DNA of 53,331 nt from positions 1 through 53,331 of IMG/VR virus record IMGVR_UViG_3300002446_000089. One strand, 5' to 3'. This DNA is from a virus (taxonomy: Duplodnaviria > Caudoviricetes). The notes under the pieces were generated by a model. That model ran no database searches and was not told the origin of the DNA. It was given only the letters and a program-made list of their open reading frames with translations. Position numbers and translations under genes: made by a program. The first letter of the stretch is position 1. The number at the start of each line of letters is the position of its first letter. Positions 1-7,576 of the stretch are shown one piece after another.

Positions 1-26
1 TCCATTTTGGAAACAACCACTTTTTT

Positions 27-1070
27 TTACTTTTCGCGCAATTCCAATATCCTTTTTCCTATCCATCTTGCAACCGGTACACACACCGCATTTCCGAGCA
101 TCCTATATCTTACGCTATCGCTTTCACCTTCCGTCCAATCATCATCGAACCCCTGTAACCGCTCGCATTCCAACGGGGAGAGACGGCGAACGGCTGTGTT
201 ACTGACGATATAAGTGGTGGAATCCGGTTTATCCGCTCTGGACGCGTTTGCCCGAAGAGCGTGGGACAGGTCGCTTCGTCCTCTGAACCCCGCCGCCACA
301 AGAAAATCTGTTTCTAACCTTGGCATGACGCTATCCTGGACAATATGGGTATCGCTTGCCGGATTCCATCGCATACCCGCGCGCGTGGTAACGGTATGTG
401 CTACAGCTTGACTCTGAATAACAAGAAAATCCGTTTCTGACCCTATACCTGCCGGGCGGCTTGTTCCAGCGCCGCTCGCAAGAAGCGTGGCAGAGACTTG
501 CCCCGTTTCTCTGCTCGGCGGAGGATCCCCTGACACGCTTTCCGGCTCAAATAATACTTTTGCAGGTGCGGACCAGGCGGTTCCAAGATGTCCGACAATG
601 AACACACGGCGGCGTCTCTGGGCCACTCCGAAGTATTGAGCGTCAAGCACACGCCAGGCGTACCCATACCCGAGTTCCGCCAGCGCCCCGAGTACGGTTC
701 CCATGTCCCTGCCTCCGTTCGACGACAGAAGGCCGGGGACGTTTTCGATAACCGCCCAGCGGGGAGAGAGTTCGGCAATGACGCGTATAAACTCAAAGAA
801 CAGTCCGGATTGGTCTCCAGCCAGACCAGAGCGGCGTCCAGCCACACTGAGGTCTTGGCAGGGAAATCCTCCGCAAACAAGGTCAACCGGTTCAAGGTTA
901 TGTACGCCGGTTTTTCTGACATCTCTATACCTCCTGACTGCAGGCCAATTCCGTTCTAAAATACGACTGCAAGCATTGTCAATTTCAACCTGCCACACTA
1001 TTTTCATGCCGTTCATTTCCATCCCCAAGTCAAAACCGCCTATGCCGCTAAATAAACTCCCTATCCGCAT
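27..1070 (-). CDS. DNA (cytosine-5)-methyltransferase, large (alpha) polypeptide
   Basis: Motif I LFSGIGG, motif IV GGFPCQDLS, motif VI ENVPG, motif VIII QRRRRVF, motif X GNAV. Confidence 0.95.
   Translation of the reverse strand: MRIGSLFSGIGGFDLGMEMNGMKIVWQVEIDNACSRILERNWPAVRRYRDVRKTGVHNLEPVDLVCGGFPCQDLSVAGRRSGLAGDQSGLFFEFIRVIAELSPRWAVIENVPGLLSSNGGRDMGTVLGALAELGYGYAWRVLDAQYFGVAQRRRRVFIVGHLGTAWSAPAKVLFEPESVSGDPPPSRETGQVSATLLASGAGTSRPAGIGSETDFLVIQSQAVAHTVTTRAGMRWNPASDTHIVQDSVMPRLETDFLVAAGFRGRSDLSHALRANASRADKPDSTTYIVSNTAVRRLSPLECERLQGFDDDWTEGESDSVRYRMLGNAVCVPVARWIGKRILELREK
443..922 (-). CDS. Nested alternative-frame ORF, likely beta polypeptide of a two-chain C5-MTase (M.EcoHK31I-like arrangement)
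   Basis: Own SD AGGAGGT (929-935) 6 nt before the ATG; C-terminal CSLSDILE...KYYLSRKACQGILRRAEKRGK segment resembles such beta chains. Confidence 0.7.
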   Translation of the reverse strand: MSEKPAYITLNRLTLFAEDFPAKTSVWLDAALVWLETNPDCSLSLYASLPNSLPAGRLSKTSPAFCRRTEAGTWEPYSGRWRNSGMGTPGVCLTLNTSEWPRDAAVCSLSDILEPPGPHLQKYYLSRKACQGILRRAEKRGKSLPRFLRAALEQAARQV

Positions 1071-1489
1071 CTCGCATCTTTCTCCTCTTTGGTCAGATCT
1101 TTCGTCACCTCTATCAGCCTGAGTATGTCCCCTGTGACACGAGTCACGTTGGGGCTGTAATAAAAATTACATGCGCGTTCATCAAAAGCGTCGTCCGTCT
1201 CGGCCCAGATAAAAACTGTTTTGGCCAGGGCTAAAGCTGCGCCAAGTTCAACATGTGTGCCCCGATGGCCTGGCAGGAGCACGATCAGAATGTCCGCATC
1301 GCGGACGCCTTGTATCTCCTTCTCGGCGATCTCGGTCAGCCACGCTTCCTCTCCGTGCCTGACGCTCCCGCATGTCGTCCAGTCGTATGTGTGCTGCCAT
1401 CCCCAGAACCGCAACACTGAGGCCAGCCTGCTCACCAGCGCGGCGTTTTCAAGTCCGCTAGCTATGTAAAATTTGACAAGCCCGTTCAT
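1061..1489 (-). CDS. Nucleoside 2-deoxyribosyltransferase-like protein
   Basis: KFYIAS...TYDWT...EIQGVRDADILIVLLPG..GTHVELGAALA pattern; SD AAGGAGG upstream of ATG 1489; frame is also open upstream to an SD-led ATG at 1702. Confidence 0.7.
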   Translation of the reverse strand: MNGLVKFYIASGLENAALVSRLASVLRFWGWQHTYDWTTCGSVRHGEEAWLTEIAEKEIQGVRDADILIVLLPGHRGTHVELGAALALAKTVFIWAETDDAFDERACNFYYSPNVTRVTGDILRLIEVTKDLTKEEKDARCG

Positions 1490-1704
1490 TACTTTAAACC
1501 GCCTCCTTTGTTTCTTCCGGTAATAGTCCGCCGATTCCGCTTTTCTCGACCACTGCTCCATCGTCCTTTTCCACGACTCAAACGGCACGCCCTCTACCCA
1601 CACCGTAACGAGTGGCGCAGGTTTGCGGAGGGGATACCTGCTGCACAGCAGTTTAAATGTGTCCGGCTGGCTGTGTGCGATTAGCTCGTAGATGCGGATC
1701 ATTG

Positions 1705-2070
1705 CTACTCCTTCCGCAAGGGCTCTGGGTTGGTGTGGATATTTCCGGCAATAGCAAAATATCCAAAATGATGAGCGCTCCAACCTCCGACCATGAACCT
1801 ACCATCATAATATTCAACCTTTAATTTCCAGTTTACCGTACTTAGAATGTCATTTTCGTAAATCTCTCCACCTTTCGGATTTTCGTACATTCCGGTGAAT
1901 TCATCCTTGGCGATAAGTTTATACCCGTCATCTTTCAACGCGGCAATCACATCGTCAACTGGTTGTTTTCTTATGCCTACGCCGCTTTGTATTTCATCTA
2001 GCATCCAAAACTCAAAATGAACGCTGCCGTCTTTGTGCTTGAATACATAGCGAAACTTTATCTCTCGCAT
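1705..2070 (-). CDS. YopX family phage protein
   Basis: MREIKFR start, FTG...GGEIYENDIL, IAGNIHTNPE end. Confidence 0.85.
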   Translation of the reverse strand: MREIKFRYVFKHKDGSVHFEFWMLDEIQSGVGIRKQPVDDVIAALKDDGYKLIAKDEFTGMYENPKGGEIYENDILSTVNWKLKVEYYDGRFMVGGWSAHHFGYFAIAGNIHTNPEPLRKE

Positions 2071-2073
2071 CGC

Positions 2074-2196
2074 TTACCCCTCCTGTTTTCTGCTCCACTC
2101 AATCAATCCCAACACATTACAGACCGCATAAATTGCCATGTTCCACATAAGGATATAAGGCTGTTGATATTCGATGTAATCATATATCTTGATCAT
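2074..2196 (-). CDS. Small hypothetical protein (40 aa, MIKIYDYIEYQQP...)
   Basis: Hand-translated; fills the gap between neighbouring genes. Confidence 0.45.
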   Translation of the reverse strand: MIKIYDYIEYQQPYILMWNMAIYAVCNVLGLIEWSRKQEG

Positions 2197-2200
2197 CACG

Positions 2201-2680
2201 TCACTTTCCCTCCCAAACAAAGATCTCCGTGTGAGGAGACTCTCGGTCCACCCGGAAATCTGGCTGCGGCAGGCTTAATACCTCTGCATCGTCTCTGGCA
2301 ATGATGCTGGCATACCGAAGAGCGTCAAGCAGGAATTTCCCATTGTAGTTGTCCTTATCTCGCTGTCTTGCATCCCGGAAGTAGTAGACTACCTGGACCG
2401 TGGCTATTTCAAACCTGGGTAGGTGTGCGTACTTGGCTAACCATGCAACATTCCCGGATAACTCTTTCAGGTACCTGTCCCGCTTAGCCCAGTACCATCG
2501 GGACCACTCGTTCAGGCTGGGCGGGAGCAGGGGAATCTTGATCCAGGTGCAGCTGCCAGGAGATCTGGAGATAATTTTTGCGTCCCACTGGTTTGCAGCA
2601 GCAATAGTTTTTCTCTTCACAAGCACCGGGTTAGGGAGGATCCCTAGTTTCCGGGCCTGTCTGGCGCTGAGTCTGGTCAT
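2201..2680 (-). CDS. RusA-like Holliday junction resolvase
   Basis: PPSLNEW...RDKDNYNGKFLLDAL...IARDD acidic catalytic pattern. Confidence 0.75.
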   Translation of the reverse strand: MTRLSARQARKLGILPNPVLVKRKTIAAANQWDAKIISRSPGSCTWIKIPLLPPSLNEWSRWYWAKRDRYLKELSGNVAWLAKYAHLPRFEIATVQVVYYFRDARQRDKDNYNGKFLLDALRYASIIARDDAEVLSLPQPDFRVDRESPHTEIFVWEGK

Positions 2681-2925
2681 TTGGGTAGCTCCTGTTCTGC
2701 CAGCTCTACGAGAACCCTCTCAGCATACGTATCCGTCGCATAGTACTCCGGCTCAATCCCCGGGCCGTACACGACGAACCAGGGGCCTCGAAAGCCGAGA
2801 ATGAAGCCGTTTACCTCTTTGATCTTTTGTATTTTATCCGGGTCAAAACTGGTGACGTTGTAGCCGGCTTCTTTTTCGTTCATTCCAACCTTGCTGAGTC
2901 TGGTCATATTAATTAGCACGTACAA
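2677..2925 (-). CDS. Hypothetical protein
   Basis: ORF coupled to the next gene in the early operon. Confidence 0.55.
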   Translation of the reverse strand: MYVLINMTRLSKVGMNEKEAGYNVTSFDPDKIQKIKEVNGFILGFRGPWFVVYGPGIEPEYYATDTYAERVLVELAEQELPK

Positions 2926-2996
2926 GATGCTCAGCGTCCTTTAAAAGAGATTTTCATGGACTTAAACCACGTCTGCCGCCTGTCTTTCTGAAGGCG

Positions 2997-3236
2997 CTAA
3001 AATGGCATCTGTTGATGTGTTCTAATTCCTTCTTGAATGAATTCTATAATCGCCTTTGAGGTAACGCTATCAAACACAATTAGGGTATCTCTTTCCCCTT
3101 CTTCACTTTCCGGAATCGGTTGCATTATTCGCACTGCCAGGTGCCCCCAGTTGTTATAACTCACCTGTTTGTTGTTTCCGTTTATCTGTTCCTTTTCACT
3201 GAATTGGCCTTCACAACGTTTTATAATTTCAACCAT
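2997..3236 (-). CDS. Hypothetical protein
   Basis: SD AGGGG, operon position. Confidence 0.6.
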   Translation of the reverse strand: MVEIIKRCEGQFSEKEQINGNNKQVSYNNWGHLAVRIMQPIPESEEGERDTLIVFDSVTSKAIIEFIQEGIRTHQQMPF

Positions 3237-3254
3237 GGGTGTACCCCTTTCTAG

Positions 3255-4052
3255 TTAGTTGCAGTATAAAGACCTGATTATATCCTTTTTCCGCTGCTTC
3301 TCCGGATCATCTTCATCAGGCGGCGGCTTCCCGCACGGTCCAGCGCGTCCCTCAGACAGGCGCACGTCGTTGACGGTTTTTAACCCTTCACGTGCCCAGT
3401 TCTGTAAGATTCCCTTGATGTACTTCACTCCGGGTTTGGCTTTACGCTTAAAAGCCGTTTCAATAGCCTCCGTAACGAGCGCAGTCCCGTGGATTTTCTC
3501 AGCTTCGTTAAAGAACATCTGCTCGTCGGGAGAGATCGGCCGTCCAATGCTTTTTTCATAAAATTGAGCTAAAGACAGGTTTGGAAGCGGGCGCAGTTCT
3601 TTTTTTTCTGGTTCCGCGTTAAGGGAATCAGCGTTAAGGGAATCAGGAATCAGGTTAAGGGAATCAGCAGGATCAGTTCTATGCTCGTATGGTGCTTGCA
3701 CGGGAATTTCCGGTGCTTGTACGGGATTTTCCGGTGCTGGTATCTCACTGGCCATTTCCTTGATGTGCGGGTTTTGATGCTTAAGCCAGTTGTATATCTG
3801 GATATAGGCATTCCCGTCAACAGTATACCGAATGATAAAGCCTTTCTTTTGGAGCTCTAATAGCAGTAAATTTATATCACAATCATCATAAGGCAGTATT
3901 TCAATTTTAATTTTCCTGGGTCTGTCTTCTAATCGTCCCTCTCTGTCAGCTATTGTCCACAGCCCGGCAAAGAGCAATCTTCCCAGCGGTTCAACCTCTG
4001 CTAAGAGGTCGTTCGTAAAAAAACCAGGCTTAATATTTCTTGATCTGGCCAT
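3255..4052 (-). CDS. Phage replication initiator (replisome organiser N-terminus, DnaD-like C-terminus)
   Basis: MARSRNIKPGFF start, GRLLFAGLWTIADREGR, C-terminal KYIKGILQNWAREG; internal iteron-like repeats. Confidence 0.85.
   Translation of the reverse strand: MARSRNIKPGFFTNDLLAEVEPLGRLLFAGLWTIADREGRLEDRPRKIKIEILPYDDCDINLLLLELQKKGFIIRYTVDGNAYIQIYNWLKHQNPHIKEMASEIPAPENPVQAPEIPVQAPYEHRTDPADSLNLIPDSLNADSLNAEPEKKELRPLPNLSLAQFYEKSIGRPISPDEQMFFNEAEKIHGTALVTEAIETAFKRKAKPGVKYIKGILQNWAREGLKTVNDVRLSEGRAGPCGKPPPDEDDPEKQRKKDIIRSLYCN
3618..3739. repeat. Iteron-like repeats, probable replication origin
   Basis: GTTAAGGGAATCAG x3 (3618, 3633, 3654) and a 21-bp unit GGTGCTTGyACGGGAwTTTCC x2 plus a partial copy (3691-3739). 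Confidence 0.7.
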
Positions 4053-4203
4053 TATTTATTGCTCCTCCTTTGATCGGCTTAATATGGTCGATTTGTAGTA
4101 AAATGTCCGGCGCAGAGGATCCGCAATACTGGCAGCGAAATGAGTCTCTTTTGAATACCTCAAATCTTATCTTTTTAGAGATTGCCTTTCTCTTATTGGC
4201 CAC
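4030..4203 (-). pseudogene. Truncated HNH endonuclease (McrA-like N-terminal half)
   Basis: Hand-translated: VANKRKAISKKIRFEVFKRDSFRCQYCG..APDILLQIDHIKPIKGG, then diverges; lacks the N..CxxCN half. Confidence 0.75.
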
Positions 4204-4255
4204 ATATTAGCCCCCTATTTACCACATAAAATATTGTCCTGTTATACAAATATAC

Positions 4256-4552
4256 TTAGTCAACCAACTTAAACTCCTTTAAATCCCGCCATTGATTGCT
4301 CCACCGGGAGCCGCCGCTCATGCACTTCTTTTTCTCGTCGAACCAAACGTCGTCAAGGGTTGCGGTTTCAAAGCCTCCTGGTACGGTCCTGAGATACTCC
4401 ACCGGCCTGCCTGTCGGTATATGTACCATGCGCTGGCCTTTCTTCGGAATCTCTAAAAGCTTTTCGTTTCCCTTACATAACGGCAAAGGGCATGTTCCGT
4501 CGCCTGGCTTTGGAAACCGTGATTCACATTTAGGGCAGATCCAAGTGTTCAT
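4256..4552 (-). CDS. Hypothetical protein with N-terminal Cys motifs
   Basis: CPKC...CPLPLC; overlaps the upstream stop codon. Confidence 0.6.
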   Translation of the reverse strand: MNTWICPKCESRFPKPGDGTCPLPLCKGNEKLLEIPKKGQRMVHIPTGRPVEYLRTVPGGFETATLDDVWFDEKKKCMSGGSRWSNQWRDLKEFKLVD

Positions 4553-5544
4553 TCCAGGAACTCACTCCATTCTCGCCCGTCCAAAAGGCGGCCGGCTTGT
4601 TTTTTTCCGAGGCGTATAAAATAAGTCCCGTGTTCTGGGCGCATCTTTGGTGGATTTCCATCCCATATTTCATCATGCGGCGGAAGCGCCCGTCTCCACT
4701 CCCCCCAAGATTTAAACCAAAACGGCACACCCGCCGCCTGGCATTGGTCACGCAAGCTTCGCACCCAATTAGGATGGCACGGCCTTGCGCTGGAGCCAGT
4801 TTCGCCACCTGCGATTACAAGATTCAGTTTAGGCAAATCCTTAATGTGTTCATCGTATTCTTTGTCTGCATCTCCTAGTGCTGGCCACCACTCTCCTGTT
4901 AATGTGTTATAGCATCCTTCTGCATAATGCTGATTACATTCACAAACAACCATATCAAGGTCTATTTGCCCCAACAACGGTTCACAACTTACAAACCTAA
5001 CTGCCGCCGGTGTCTGCAGAAGCAACGGTATACGCTCGTCTGCTGTAGCCTGGTTTTCTGCAGATATGCCCAACCAGACGTTAGGTAGCGGTCTGCGGTC
5101 ATAGGCGCCATCACGAAGATTCCAGTCCCAGAGATTTAATAACTCAGCCATGCGCCCTGGACGCTTAGTCAATATCAAAAATATGTGTTGCGGAGCACCT
5201 TTCATTGTCCAGAAAGCCTGTCGAATAAAATTATCCGTTACTGCCTCATTGAACAAATCATTCCATACCACCCACACCGTAGGCTTCTTCACCTGCAGTG
5301 GAATCCGAAACCTGTCAGTGTGCAGCCGAATGGATCCGTTCCATTTGCCTCCAGGCGTAGTCAGTCCGGCATATCTGGCCTTGATCTTCTTGTTTGACTG
5401 CCCCGCCCGCATGTGTGCCTCTGCACAGGCCCAACAGTTTTCGCAGCCAGTGGAAACAGGTGTGCAGCCACCAACCAGGGACCAGCTCCTTTGCCAATAC
5501 ATACCTTTTGCTATGCGCTCTTGGCTTACCATTGTATTCAGCAT
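4549..5544 (-). CDS. Phage Gp37/Gp68 (DUF5131) family protein
   Basis: GCTPVSTGCENCWA, ILTKRP, PNVWLGISAENQ, RFVSCEPLLG, GGETG, VPFWFKSWGEW. Confidence 0.9.
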   Translation of the reverse strand: MLNTMVSQERIAKGMYWQRSWSLVGGCTPVSTGCENCWACAEAHMRAGQSNKKIKARYAGLTTPGGKWNGSIRLHTDRFRIPLQVKKPTVWVVWNDLFNEAVTDNFIRQAFWTMKGAPQHIFLILTKRPGRMAELLNLWDWNLRDGAYDRRPLPNVWLGISAENQATADERIPLLLQTPAAVRFVSCEPLLGQIDLDMVVCECNQHYAEGCYNTLTGEWWPALGDADKEYDEHIKDLPKLNLVIAGGETGSSARPCHPNWVRSLRDQCQAAGVPFWFKSWGEWRRALPPHDEIWDGNPPKMRPEHGTYFIRLGKKQAGRLLDGREWSEFLE

Positions 5545-5658
5545 TTACCTCTCCTAATAAAGCATTATTAACTGTATGTTTCTAATACCCAACCGCTTTC
5601 TTTTGTGTCAGTAAAATTAACATAAACTAAAACGTCATCCATTGACTGTACCTTCCTC

Positions 5659-5850
5659 CTAATACCGATTGCGACGATGCCGGCGCAGTTCCAACGTGGC
5701 AGCATCTGCCGAATAGAGGCCCTCATAACGCATGTCTTCAAGTCTATCCCGGTCTACTGCATCAGGATCTCCGCCCCGACGCCATACCTCAAATTCAACA
5801 TCGCCATAATATTTTCTGCGTTCCTCTTTGTCTTTGCTGCTATTTCTCAT
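5659..5850 (-). CDS. Hypothetical protein
   Basis: ORF in the early operon. Confidence 0.55.
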   Translation of the reverse strand: MRNSSKDKEERRKYYGDVEFEVWRRGGDPDAVDRDRLEDMRYEGLYSADAATLELRRHRRNRY

Positions 5851-5986
5851 TTTCTACCGGATCCTCTCCGCAGTCTGGGTCCATAAATAACGGCCCCTGC
5901 AAGTTATCTGACTCGTCTATTTTGTAGCACCCTGCATTTACATAAGCGCATCTTTCACACCAGGGAAATTGGTATTTCTTATTCAA
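5840..5986 (-). CDS. Small Cys-containing hypothetical protein (48 aa)
   Basis: Hand-translated MNKKYQFPWCERCAY...; SD AGGAG before a TTG start. Confidence 0.45.
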   Translation of the reverse strand: MNKKYQFPWCERCAYVNAGCYKIDESDNLQGPLFMDPDCGEDPVENEK

Positions 5987-6124
5987 GTTTTATCTCTCCT
6001 TTTTATCGGGGCCGGCACAGCCTGCAGAGATGCTTTAACGTGCTACAGGCTGAGTTGCGGCGGTATTGCAGTTAGTCATTCATTTATAATCCCCTGGCAC
6101 GTCTCCAGATTTGGGTTCATGCTC

Positions 6125-6577
6125 TTATAACCACACACCGTCATTATCCGGGATCAAATCAAACGGAATTTCCCAGCCTTCTTTAACCCAGTCCGGCACT
6201 TCTCCGTTCCACATTCTCCGGATGTCACCGGCTGTAAAACCTATAACTCCACCACTTGGCATAACCGCTATATCAAACCCAGCCCTGATACAACAGATAA
6301 TCTGGTTATGAAAACGGCCTGTATAATACTCTTTTTTTCTGTTGTAGTGTAAATATTCCTCAAAGAATTCTTCTACTTGATCACAGAGATAATAGTTATC
6401 GCCATTACCGTCCCAGTCTTTTATTTCAGGCCAATCATTTTGTAATCTGCGCCAGTGATAATAATCCTTAACCTGTTCAAGGATCTTTGTTCTGCGGGCC
6501 TTTGTTGCTTTGAGATAGCAATGCTCTGCCATTCTAACCGCAAACGCTTCCCATCGAAAAAATTGCTCTTGTGTCAT
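6125..6577 (-). CDS. Hypothetical protein
   Basis: 150-aa ORF coupled to the upstream gene. Confidence 0.65.
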   Translation of the reverse strand: MTQEQFFRWEAFAVRMAEHCYLKATKARRTKILEQVKDYYHWRRLQNDWPEIKDWDGNGDNYYLCDQVEEFFEEYLHYNRKKEYYTGRFHNQIICCIRAGFDIAVMPSGGVIGFTAGDIRRMWNGEVPDWVKEGWEIPFDLIPDNDGVWL

Positions 6578-6882
6578 GGCTCATTCGCCACCTTTTTGCC
6601 ATGTATTTTCAGCACCCATTCAGGCGCTTCTACAAACTCAAATTCCCCGGGCCTAACCCCCATGTATTCGCCGTTCTCACACAAGCCGGAGATAGCACCA
6701 TTTTTGTTTGATTGAGCCTCGTATTCCCTGCCTGCCTGAAGTACCGTTCCGGGCTTTCCGCCTAATAGTTTAAAGGTACCCGGAATAACATCAGGTAAGA
6801 TGTTAACCAGCATACGGATCCTAATTTTGTTCGCAGATGATTTCACGATAACTTCACTCCTTCTGGCGGCGTCCAGTTCCAC
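6574..6882 (-). CDS. Hypothetical protein
   Basis: ORF in operon; true start probably near 6850. Confidence 0.6.
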   Translation of the reverse strand: MELDAARRSEVIVKSSANKIRIRMLVNILPDVIPGTFKLLGGKPGTVLQAGREYEAQSNKNGAISGLCENGEYMGVRPGEFEFVEAPEWVLKIHGKKVANEP

Positions 6883-7355
6883 AGGCCCTGCCTGCCTTTT
6901 GCAGGTATAGGCTCCGGCAGCCGTTTTGTATCTTCCAGGACATAAACATAACGCCCAGGTCCGTAGTTTCCAAAGACAAGCTCATTTCCGCTTACTTCAA
7001 TTAGACTGTTTTTGGTTTCAAGGAACGCGATTCTGATTAAATACCCGTCCCGCTTCACTGTCCTTATGGTTCTTATTTTCAAGCAATCAACCAAATTGCA
7101 GATACAGAGAACTGCGCCGAAAGGAAGATCAGTCATCGCTTTATCATTTACAACTGATCTCCTGACCATAAATCCTGCGTTCTCCAGGGCGCTCTTAAAA
7201 GGTTCTTTCATGCACAATTCTTTAAATTTATCATTGACGCTTGCATGTATGGCTATTGGCCCGCGATACCTTGTTGACCAGGAACGTGTCTCGAATTTCT
7301 TTGCATCAATTGCTTTCAGTGTTGCCCAGGGGTTATAAAGGGTCAGCGCTTTCAC
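6843..7355 (-). CDS. ASCH domain protein
   Basis: MKALTLYNPWA...KKFETRSW.T.YRGPIAIHAS...PIPAKGRQGLWNW. Confidence 0.85.
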   Translation of the reverse strand: MKALTLYNPWATLKAIDAKKFETRSWSTRYRGPIAIHASVNDKFKELCMKEPFKSALENAGFMVRRSVVNDKAMTDLPFGAVLCICNLVDCLKIRTIRTVKRDGYLIRIAFLETKNSLIEVSGNELVFGNYGPGRYVYVLEDTKRLPEPIPAKGRQGLWNWTPPEGVKLS

Positions 7356-7525
7356 GAGATTTTCATCCCTAGCTTTTCCAATTCCGAACGCCAGAGTTCC
7401 TTCATCTCATCACTGCAGTGAGCCATCGCATCTTCCCATGTTGGCCAGTGTCCATGTTCGTTATAGAACTTATATTGATAAAAAAGGCTCTTCTGGTTGT
7501 GAGGCATTTCCGGCTCATGCTTCAT
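7352..7525 (-). pseudogene. 5'-damaged small phage gene (PECAMKHEPEMPHNQKSLFYQY...WPTWEDAMAHC)
   Basis: Protein-like frame has an upstream in-frame TAG, and the SD-led GTG near 7559 is in another frame. Confidence 0.45.
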
Positions 7526-7576
7526 TGCGCATTCCGGGAATAAGCCCTAGTTTTTTCACGCTACTAATACCCCCGA

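Noticed and set aside
3618-3739. CRISPR mini-array
   Set aside because: Repeats are tandem, lack unique spacers and lie in frame within a CDS
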